Origin: a virus
Taxonomy: Duplodnaviria; Heunggongvirae; Uroviricota; Caudoviricetes
DNA length: 5,820 nucleotides
IMG/VR virus record: IMGVR_UViG_2802429250_000001
Strand: one strand, 5' to 3'
The position numbers were made by a program, and so were the translations under genes. Every line of letters starts with the position of its first letter. Within the stretch, counting starts at the first letter, position 1. The notes beneath the pieces were generated by a model, which searched no databases, was not told the origin of the DNA, and worked only from the letters and a program-made list of their open reading frames with translations. Of the stretch, positions 1 through 5,640 are shown piece after piece.

Positions 1-90
1 GCTGATCACCGTTACTACAGCACGCCAGAAATGCAGAATATTTTGCTGCAAAATGTCGTTGGTCACGCTGTCCGGAAAGCAAAAAATTTT

Positions 91-283
91 GCTGGTGGCG
101 CGACTGATGCGATTTTGTCAGGTCGCAAGGTGATGATCAATCTGATGTCTAATTTCGTTCTGGATAAAACAAAGGCGACCGCAGAGGGCCACCAGTGGGA
201 AAGCTACACACTTGAACACATCGCCAACAATGCCAGATTTGCGGCTGGTGGGCAATGTGATCAGTGTGCTGGCTTGCTGGTGG
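91..283 (+). other. Cluster of three co-oriented Chi octamers (5'-GCTGGTGG-3') at 91-98, 244-251 and 276-283
   Basis: Exact octamers read directly on the + strand; the surrounding 1-542 region has no convincing ORF. Further single Chi octamers: + strand 4165-4172; - strand (CCACCAGC on +) 1310-1317 and 4994-5001. Confidence 0.7.
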
Positions 284-542
284 GCTATTCCTGCTCTTTA
301 ACATTGCCATGCCGCGATGTTTTCCAGGTATGCGACCCCATTTTTGTGCGCCTGTACTCTTTAAGGAATTTCTCAAGGATAAACGCACAGGGCGCGAATC
401 TGTCTGACTCATATTCGTACGCTATCTTTCTGCGCTGTCTTTTCCGTGCCGGTGATGGTGTATTGGTCGATTCTTTGTTGGTCATTCTGTGTACCTGTAA
501 AGCAATGCGCCGGAGTTCCTCACACCACGGCGATGATAGTTA

Positions 543-848
543 TTATTCTGATTCTTTGGCCTTGCGGCGCTGGAGTTCTTCACGTGCGACGGTGACGAGC
601 TGCCCGATCTCCTCGACAGCTTTGACTCCGATTTTTTCCACCTGCGCCAGTGCATTGAGCGAAGAAACCAGGGGATTTTCTCCGCTTCCTTCTGCCTGGC
701 GGCGGGCGATCTCACCACGCATGGCGGTTACTATGAATCCGGCGTTGCTTTCGCCGTCCAGTTTTACGGATTCCATGCCTTCAAAAGCATCATGTGGGAT
801 ACGAATTGAAATCTGTTTTGATTTGTCGTTGATAGTGTTTTTTGCCAT
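543..848 (-). CDS. Small DNA-binding regulator, ribbon-helix-helix (Arc/CopG-like) N-terminus, about 101 aa; likely repressor of the divergent operon
   Basis: ORF-track frame 543-887 trimmed to the ATG at 846-848, which sits 6 nt after GGAGA (rc of 855-859); an alternative ATG at 852-854 has no spacing. N-terminus KQISIRIPHDAFEGMESVKLDGESNAGFIVTAMRGEIARRQ fits a beta-strand / helix / G-x-S turn / helix pattern. Stop is TAA (rc of 543-545). Confidence 0.55.
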   Translation of the reverse strand: MAKNTINDKSKQISIRIPHDAFEGMESVKLDGESNAGFIVTAMRGEIARRQAEGSGENPLVSSLNALAQVEKIGVKAVEEIGQLVTVAREELQRRKAKESE

Positions 849-870
849 GTGCATTCTCCTAAACAAAAGA

Positions 871-946
871 TGTGATTCAGTATACACAAAAAAGAATCAC
901 AAAAAATACTTGACCTGTGATTCAGTTAAATTTAATTTAAATCACA
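871..946. promoter_or_regulatory. Divergent promoter/operator region: two inverted repeats TGTGATTC...(G/A)AATCACA at 871-901 and 917-946, overlapping candidate promoter elements
   Basis: TGTGATTCAG at 871-880 and 917-926; GAATCACA at 894-901 and AAATCACA at 939-946. Rightward -35-like TTGACC at 910-915 with an A/T-rich -10 candidate 17 bp downstream (TAATTT 933-938); another TATAAA at 961-966. Leftward -10-like TATACT (rc of 879-884) lies inside operator 1. No transcript start-site data. Confidence 0.45.
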
Positions 947-971
947 CCTCAGTAAGAGGATATAAACGACA

Positions 972-1005
972 ACGCCCCGAACTGTTTGCGGCAGTAGCGG
1001 GGCGT
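972..1005 (+). promoter_or_regulatory. GC-rich hairpin in the operon leader (ACGCCCCG / CGGGGCGT stem, 18-nt loop)
   Basis: 972-979 ACGCCCCG is the exact reverse complement of 998-1005 CGGGGCGT. The loop has a further CTG/CAG pair (982-984 / 992-994). No U-tract follows on either strand, so it is not a canonical intrinsic terminator. It sits about 30 nt upstream of the ORF1 start. Confidence 0.4.
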
Positions 1006-1035
1006 CTAACCAAACCGTTAAATGAGGTAACGATT

Positions 1036-1401
1036 ATGGCTGGGGCACAGCATACCCAAACTCACCCTAAATTTATATACACCTTCCTGGCGGTGCACCG
1101 TGATTGCATCGCTGACGGTAAAAATACTGTTCATGTAGCCGCCGATACGCTGGTTGATGCCTGCGAGATGCTCAATGACATGGGCTATATCTCGGCAACA
1201 TGGAAAGGGCGTGAAGAAAACACGTTGTTTATTCAGAAATGCGAAAACAATTTTATCTGGCGTTTTATCGCCCTGAGTACGGCACAACCGCGCGTGATTC
1301 ACATCGAGGCCACCAGCGAACAGGAAGCACGCCAGCAATCTCCTGATGGCTGCGTGATGGTATTCGCTGCCCGTATTCGCCAGGAGGTGGAGCATGTGTA
1401 A
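1036..1401 (+). CDS. Hypothetical protein, ORF1 (121 aa), first gene of the rightward operon
   Basis: ATG 1036-1038 preceded by GAGG (1024-1027) at 8-nt spacing; same frame as the spurious 31-1401 ORF. Stop TAA 1399-1401 overlaps the ORF2 start (ATGTGTAA). Confidence 0.55.
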   Translation: MAGAQHTQTHPKFIYTFLAVHRDCIADGKNTVHVAADTLVDACEMLNDMGYISATWKGREENTLFIQKCENNFIWRFIALSTAQPRVIHIEATSEQEARQQSPDGCVMVFAARIRQEVEHV

Positions 1402-1618
1402 TGCAACATGGCCTGATGCAGCGGTAGACGCTATCAAAACGCTGATGGATTCACTTATTGAGATTTCTGCTATCGCTGGTGTGGCGCATAAACACGCAGC
1501 CAGAGAATCAGAATGCATCTCCCATTATTTAGCATTTGTGCAGCTGAAAGCCGATCAGGCACTGGATAAGGCCGGAAAAATTATCATGGCTGATGTACAG
1601 GAGGTGCACCATGCATAA
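1394..1618 (+). CDS. Hypothetical protein, ORF2 (74 aa)
   Basis: ATG 1394-1396 preceded by AGGAGG (1383-1388) at 5-nt spacing; 8-nt start/stop overlap with both neighbours. Confidence 0.55.
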   Translation: MCNATWPDAAVDAIKTLMDSLIEISAIAGVAHKHAARESECISHYLAFVQLKADQALDKAGKIIMADVQEVHHA

Positions 1619-1976
1619 CCTGTCAATTTCTGACCTTAACAGCATTCAGTTTGACGAGAAATTTACCGGGCAGTTGCTGGTCAATGTGGAGAACGGGCGC
1701 ATAGTGCGTAATTACCACCTGCCGGATGGTGCAATTGCCGGAAGCGTTGAAGCATTGCTGGAACTGGCGGAACGTGCGCGACTGATTAAGCCGTCAACGT
1801 GCCATCACGATGATGATCTGCATTTTACCGGGTGTATGGTGAGTCACTACGAAAACGGCGTTGAAGTATCCTGCGAACGTCTGCGTGATGATTGCTGTTT
1901 CGGCACACTGCCGGAATTTATCGAATTGCTGACCAGTTGCGGTTATCAGGTCATTCAGGGGGGTAAACATGCGTGA
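1611..1976 (+). CDS. Hypothetical Cys/His-rich protein, ORF3 (121 aa)
   Basis: Start moved from the track's 1593 to ATG 1611-1613, which has AGGAGG (1599-1604) 6 nt upstream and overlaps the ORF2 stop as ATGCATAA. C-terminal half holds C-HH-x-H-C-H-C-CC-C spacing (STCHHDDDLHFTGC ... SCERLRDDCCFG ... TSCGY). Confidence 0.6.
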   Translation: MHNLSISDLNSIQFDEKFTGQLLVNVENGRIVRNYHLPDGAIAGSVEALLELAERARLIKPSTCHHDDDLHFTGCMVSHYENGVEVSCERLRDDCCFGTLPEFIELLTSCGYQVIQGGKHA

Positions 1977-2202
1977 TGATCGTTTTAATTCCCTGAAACA
2001 GGAGTTTGATGGCGCACCGGAAGATACATCGGGCGCATTGTTGAGCATTGCTGACATGATGAAAGCTGCATATTTTCTTATCAATACCAGGGGCTACAAG
2101 TCAGAGGGTGAAATGATTCTTAGTATTGCGTCGGACTATGCTGAATATGTGGCAGAGACGCGTTACAGAAGAAAATCTCTGGAGGATGTAAGCCATGCAT
2201 AA
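1969..2202 (+). CDS. Hypothetical protein, ORF4 (77 aa)
   Basis: ATG 1969-1971 follows a GGGGGG run (1957-1963) at 5-nt spacing; overlaps the ORF3 stop as ATGCGTGA and the ORF5 start as ATGCATAA. Confidence 0.55.
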   Translation: MRDDRFNSLKQEFDGAPEDTSGALLSIADMMKAAYFLINTRGYKSEGEMILSIASDYAEYVAETRYRRKSLEDVSHA

Positions 2203-2395
2203 TCATGAAGCGCATGTACCCGTAGTGCTTAATGTGCCAGATGATTTCACCGGACGCGTGCTGGTTTACCTTGATAAAGAAAAAGTGAAATCACAATGCC
2301 GACTGAAAAGTAATGAGATTGTGGGTTCTCCTGAATTTTTTTCTGAACTCTGTATTCGTGCAGAAATAAAACCGGAACTGCTGACAGGAAAATAA
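2195..2395 (+). CDS. Hypothetical protein, ORF5 (66 aa), apparent paralogue of the ORF3 N-terminal half
   Basis: ATG 2195-2197 with GGAGG (2181-2185) upstream. Ungapped alignment with ORF3 residues 1-56 gives identity at F18-T19-G20, L23-V24, L37, I42, G44-S45, E47, E51-L52, R55-A56. Confidence 0.55.
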   Translation: MHNHEAHVPVVLNVPDDFTGRVLVYLDKEKVKSQCRLKSNEIVGSPEFFSELCIRAEIKPELLTGK

Positions 2396-2399
2396 AACC

Positions 2400-2690
2400 A
2401 TGAAAAGGAAAAATTCTGGCTTTACTGCCAGCGGTCTCTCTCGGCCTGAAATCAGACACGGAGATATTTACCGCGACACCAGACGTGGGGGACGAGTGGT
2501 TATTCGTCACGTTACGCCAGGCAATATCACCTACCGCCGTGAGGCTTACGAATATGACTGCGTAATGCCGCGCCGTCAGTTTGAGCGTGATTTTATTCTG
2601 GTTGAAAACAAACAACAGGCAGTGGCAAGACGTGCAGCCACGAATATTAAAAAAATCCGGGCAATGTTGGTTGCGGGAGGTAAGAAGTGA
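2400..2690 (+). CDS. Hypothetical basic (Arg/Lys-rich) protein, ORF6 (96 aa), translationally coupled to the replication gene
   Basis: ATG 2400-2402 with AGGAA (2386-2390) upstream; stop TGA 2688-2690 overlaps the GTG start of the next gene (GTGA). The translated product is visibly rich in Arg and Lys. Confidence 0.55.
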   Translation: MKRKNSGFTASGLSRPEIRHGDIYRDTRRGGRVVIRHVTPGNITYRREAYEYDCVMPRRQFERDFILVENKQQAVARRAATNIKKIRAMLVAGGKK

Positions 2691-4486
2691 AAAACGCACC
2701 GAATTTAAAATATCAGCCGAAGGATAAATTCACCGAGGTAATCATTTTTGCCGGGACGGATGCTTACGCCCATGCTCAACACTGGATTGAAAGCGAAGGA
2801 CGAAAACACGGCGATAACGTGCCTCCTGTTTACCTGGGGCCAAAGCAACTGGCAGACCTGGCGAATATCCGCATTGTCGACGATGAACGCCGCTTTGCGC
2901 GTGTCTATCTCGCGGGGGAGATAGAGCCAATCCAGATCAATGCTATTGCTGAAAAGCTGGCGCTGGCTGGTGTACAGGACGCGAAATTATACAAAGGTAT
3001 CACCGACCGGGAGCCGGAAAACTGGCGCGACTACCTGCAACGGATCCGCGAACAGGCAGAGAGTGGGGAAGTTTCAGCGATGAAATTAGCCACAAAAAAT
3101 ATTGACCTATCTAGGCCAGCACTAAATCAGATGGGAGCCAGCCAGAGAGGGGAAGTGTTACTTGAATATTATGGAAGAGCACTGGCTATAAATGATGATT
3201 CTGATGTAGTTCACCATTACAACGGAATTGTCTGGGTGCCTGTATCTGATAAGGAACTCCAGCGGGCTATGGCGCAGATTTTTATTGATGCGGAAATCAG
3301 CTATTCGCAGAACGCCATCAAATCGGCGGTCGATACCATGAAGTTAAGTTTGCCCGTAATGGGGAATACAGCCCGTAACCTGATTGGATTCAGTAACGGG
3401 GTATTTGATACCAGAACTGGTAATTTTCGGGAGCATAACAAAAACGACTGGTTGTTAATTGCCAGTGAATTACCTTTCAGCCCACCAGCAGAGGGGGAAA
3501 CGCTGGCAACACATGCGCCGAATTTCTGGAAGTGGTTGCGCCGTTCGGTGGCTGAGAATGACCGCAAGGCAGATCGCGTACTGGCGGCGTTATTCATGGT
3601 GCTGGCGAATCGGTACGACTGGCAGTTATTTCTTGAGGTAACGGGGCCGGGTGGAAGCGGTAAAAGCGTAATGGCGGAGATTTGCACTATGCTGGCGGGT
3701 AAGGCCAACACGGTATCGGCAAGCATGAAGGCGCTGGAAGATGCCAGGGAACGTGCGTTAGTGGTTGGCTTTTCGCTGATTATCATGCCGGATATGACCC
3801 GTTACGCTGGTGATGGTGCAGGGATTAAGGCCATTACAGGCGGTGATAAGGTGGCAATCGACCCGAAACATAAAGCCCCCTACTCAACACGCATTCAGGC
3901 GGTCGTGCTGGCGGTGAACAATAACGCCATGTCATTCAGTGACCGCAGCGGTGGGATATCACGTCGTCGGGTAATATTCAATTTTTCGGAAGTTGTACCG
4001 GAGAACGAACGTGACCCTATGCTGGCTGAAAAAATAGAAGGAGAGCTGGCGGTAGTGATTCGCCACCTGCTTACACGCTTTTCTGACCAGGACGAAGCTA
4101 AACGCCTGCTATATGAGCAGCAGAAATCAGAAGAAGCCCTGGTGATAAAACGCGAGGGCGATTCGCTGGTGGACTTCTGCGGCTATCTCATGTCGTCGGT
4201 AATGTGCGATGGCCTGTTAGTGGGTAATGCTGAAATTATTCCGTTCAGCCCGCGCAGGTATCTCTATCACGCCTATCTGGCGTATATGAGGGCACACGGA
4301 TTCGGTAAGCCCGTAACACTGACACGCTTCGGTAAGGATATGCCAGGGGCAATGGCGGAATACGGCAGGGAGTATATGAAACGGAAAACGAAGCATGGCT
4401 TGCGTTCAAACGTGATACTGACAGAGGATTCAGAAGACTGGATGCCCTCATGTGCATCGGTCACAAATGACGATGGCAAAAATTAA
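2687..4486 (+). CDS. Replication initiator/helicase, phage P4 alpha family (D5_N-like region + SF3 helicase P-loop + C-terminal region), 599 aa
   Basis: GTG start 2687-2689 with GGGAGG (2675-2680) at 6-nt spacing. Walker A GPGGSGKS at aa 320-327 (nt 3644-3667); Walker B-like SLIIMPD; SF3 motif C-like VLAVNNN; D5_N-like stretch GFSNGVFDTRTGNFREH. Iterons of the P4 alpha-binding type lie immediately downstream. Confidence 0.85.
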   Translation: MKNAPNLKYQPKDKFTEVIIFAGTDAYAHAQHWIESEGRKHGDNVPPVYLGPKQLADLANIRIVDDERRFARVYLAGEIEPIQINAIAEKLALAGVQDAKLYKGITDREPENWRDYLQRIREQAESGEVSAMKLATKNIDLSRPALNQMGASQRGEVLLEYYGRALAINDDSDVVHHYNGIVWVPVSDKELQRAMAQIFIDAEISYSQNAIKSAVDTMKLSLPVMGNTARNLIGFSNGVFDTRTGNFREHNKNDWLLIASELPFSPPAEGETLATHAPNFWKWLRRSVAENDRKADRVLAALFMVLANRYDWQLFLEVTGPGGSGKSVMAEICTMLAGKANTVSASMKALEDARERALVVGFSLIIMPDMTRYAGDGAGIKAITGGDKVAIDPKHKAPYSTRIQAVVLAVNNNAMSFSDRSGGISRRRVIFNFSEVVPENERDPMLAEKIEGELAVVIRHLLTRFSDQDEAKRLLYEQQKSEEALVIKREGDSLVDFCGYLMSSVMCDGLLVGNAEIIPFSPRRYLYHAYLAYMRAHGFGKPVTLTRFGKDMPGAMAEYGREYMKRKTKHGLRSNVILTEDSEDWMPSCASVTNDDGKN

Positions 4487-4500
4487 ACTTATGGAATAAC

Positions 4501-4654
4501 TGTTCATCAAACTATTCACTGTTCACCTTTTTGATTATTTGTTGAGCTTTAAGGGTGAACAGTGGTGAACAGTTGGTGAATAGTTTTTGTGAAACTGTTC
4601 ACCCCTTAACACAATGAATTAAAAGGAGAAACGGAAAAGGTGAACAGGTGAAGG
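4501..4654. repeat. Iteron cluster, P4 ori/crr type: about 8 copies of TGTTCACC / GGTGAACA in both orientations
   Basis: TGTTCATC 4501-4508; TGTTCACC 4520-4527 and 4596-4603; GGTGAACA 4554-4561, 4564-4571 and 4639-4646; GGTGAATA 4575-4582; GGTGAAGG 4647-4654. The three copies at 4554-4582 are spaced 10-11 bp apart. Confidence 0.75.
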
Positions 4655-4685
4655 GTTAAAATGCAAAAATTTTATTTTATTGCTG
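4655..4685. other. AT-rich tract flanking the iterons (candidate DNA-unwinding element)
   Basis: aagggttaaaatgcaaaaattttattttattg, immediately after the last iteron. Confidence 0.4.
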
Positions 4686-4741
4686 TGAGGTAAAGGCTGT
4701 GACAACGAAACACACAAAAAACACAATCTCACGCCCTTGAT

Positions 4742-4942
4742 TTGACAGAACACAGGCTGAGGGGGGCGATAAAAATTATCGACCGCAACGCCGGGGAAGG
4801 ATACGCGAAAGTACATCCCGAACTGATAAGCGCATTCATGACAACGGCAGCGGCAAACTTTGCCACGCTGACAGAACGGGAGATTGCCGAAGCTGAACAG
4901 GTGACAATCATCAACGTTAAAACCGGAGAGCAAACAGCATGA
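4742..4942 (+). CDS. Hypothetical small protein or decayed gene fragment (no canonical start)
   Basis: The track ORF starts at TTG 4742 with no Shine-Dalgarno; the internal ATG 4838 also lacks one. The frame is open from 4703. Translation (GAIKIIDRNAGEGYAKVHPELISAF...) looks protein-like, but start support is poor. Confidence 0.25.
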   Translation: MTEHRLRGAIKIIDRNAGEGYAKVHPELISAFMTTAAANFATLTEREIAEAEQVTIINVKTGEQTA

Positions 4943-5157
4943 CGGTACAAATATCCGCTTACGGGCGGCAGGTGGCTGATCTGCACTCAAAAACCACCAG
5001 CAAGGGAACACCAATGGCAATGGCGAGTATGGCAGTTCCCCTTCCGCGCAGCCAGGCAGATGACGGAACGGCGAAACGTGGCTGGTCTGGTTATCGCAGA
5101 CAGCGTAATCAGTGCGCGAACGGTGCGGCTGGGCGGCAAAAAAGGCCAGCAGAGTGA
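4939..5157 (+). CDS. Hypothetical small basic protein (72 aa)
   Basis: ATG 4939-4941 preceded by GGAGAG (4926-4931) at 7-nt spacing; overlaps the upstream ORF stop (ATGA). Product is low-complexity and basic, so it may be a gene remnant. Confidence 0.35.
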   Translation: MTVQISAYGRQVADLHSKTTSKGTPMAMASMAVPLPRSQADDGTAKRGWSGYRRQRNQCANGAAGRQKRPAE

Positions 5158-5234
5158 TCCGTACGGTGATGGAATACCATTTGGGGATATCGTATAAATA
5201 AACCTTAGCATAGCGTTATATAAAGGTGATATAT

Positions 5235-5561
5235 ATGATTTACTTTGTGAAGAAATTTAGTGAAATAGTGGAAAAGTCTTCTGGTGCTTTGTCTTTCGGG
5301 ATTATACAGAGTCTCGTTATGATAGGTATAATTGCAAATTTATCTTCTCAAACAGGTGTAAGGTATTTCATCTTGCTTACTATTGCATTTATTGCAACTA
5401 TAAGTATTGCATTATGTATGTTGAGTATAATATCTGTTATTAACGAAGTGACAGGAAAACATAAGTACATGAAGTTTTTGTTTGGGATTCTGCTGTACCC
5501 TTCTTTTATTGGTGTTATTCTTTCTGCGTACCTGAGTATTAAAGCACTAATAGTCAGTTAA
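5235..5561 (+). CDS. Small integral membrane protein (about 108 aa, three predicted transmembrane helices) in an AT-rich islet
   Basis: ATG 5235-5237 with AAAGGTGA (5222-5229) upstream, preferred over the track's GTG 5226. Three hydrophobic stretches: GALSFGIIQSLVMIGIIANL, VRYFILLTIAFIATISIALCMLSIISVI, FLFGILLYPSFIGVILSAYLSI. A 50-nt sample counted 30% G+C against about 50% for the rest of the window. TATAAA at 5193-5198 is a candidate -10. Confidence 0.6.
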   Translation: MIYFVKKFSEIVEKSSGALSFGIIQSLVMIGIIANLSSQTGVRYFILLTIAFIATISIALCMLSIISVINEVTGKHKYMKFLFGILLYPSFIGVILSAYLSIKALIVS

Positions 5562-5587
5562 TTATCTGGGTAATAAGCAATAAAGAA

Positions 5588-5601
5588 ATTTCTATAGAAA
5601 T
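5588..5601. repeat. Perfect 14-bp palindrome ATTTCTATAGAAAT
   Basis: Read directly; it lies between the membrane-protein stop (5559-5561) and the next + strand start (5641). Confidence 0.3.
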
Positions 5602-5640
5602 AAGCCATCAAAAGGAACGACGATAATACGGATAATATCG

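Noticed and set aside
149-718. Three - strand ORFs: 149-412, 285-485, 482-718
   Set aside because: Low-complexity basic translations and no convincing ribosome-binding sites; 482-718 overlaps the regulator gene in another frame. 285-485 could conceivably be a second gene after the regulator, but I see no support for it.
31-1401. 456-aa + strand ORF (open from position 1)
   Set aside because: It reads through the antisense of the regulator gene and the AT-rich promoter region. Its translation there is Ser/Pro/Thr/Arg-rich and non-protein-like. Only its last 121 codons (1036-1401) are kept, as ORF1.
1394-2202. Paralogy between ORF2 and ORF4
   Set aside because: Similarity is limited to a short stretch and to the C-terminal H-A tail. 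The tail is forced by the overlapping ATGCATAA junction, so it is not independent evidence.
2687-3100. Toprim or EGYATA-type primase motif in the N-terminus of the replication protein
   Set aside because: The only candidate (VIIFAGTDAYAHA, then VDDE about 45 residues later) lacks the conserved glutamate and is too weak to call without a profile search.
1018-4479. - strand ORFs inside the operon and replication gene (1018-1518, 1794-2084, 2247-2699, 2742-2930, 3301-3786, 4245-4457, 4273-4479) and + ORF 3459-3641
   Set aside because: All are antisense or out of frame within stronger + strand genes that have ribosome-binding sites, coupling and recognisable motifs.
4501-4654. Possible CRISPR array
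   Set aside because: The repeats are 8-bp octamers in both orientations at irregular spacing, with no uniform repeat-spacer periodicity. They are replication iterons, not CRISPR repeats.
4619-5211. - strand ORFs 4619-5020, 4729-4986, 4987-5211
   Set aside because: They overlap the iteron/AT-rich origin region or each other, with Cys/Phe/Pro-rich low-complexity translations and no ribosome-binding sites.
4686-5230. tRNA gene or attachment-site core at the presumed element boundary
   Set aside because: I looked for a tRNA 3'-end-like sequence (TTCGAATCC-type T-arm plus CCA) and for an obvious direct repeat and found neither by eye. A boundary may still exist.
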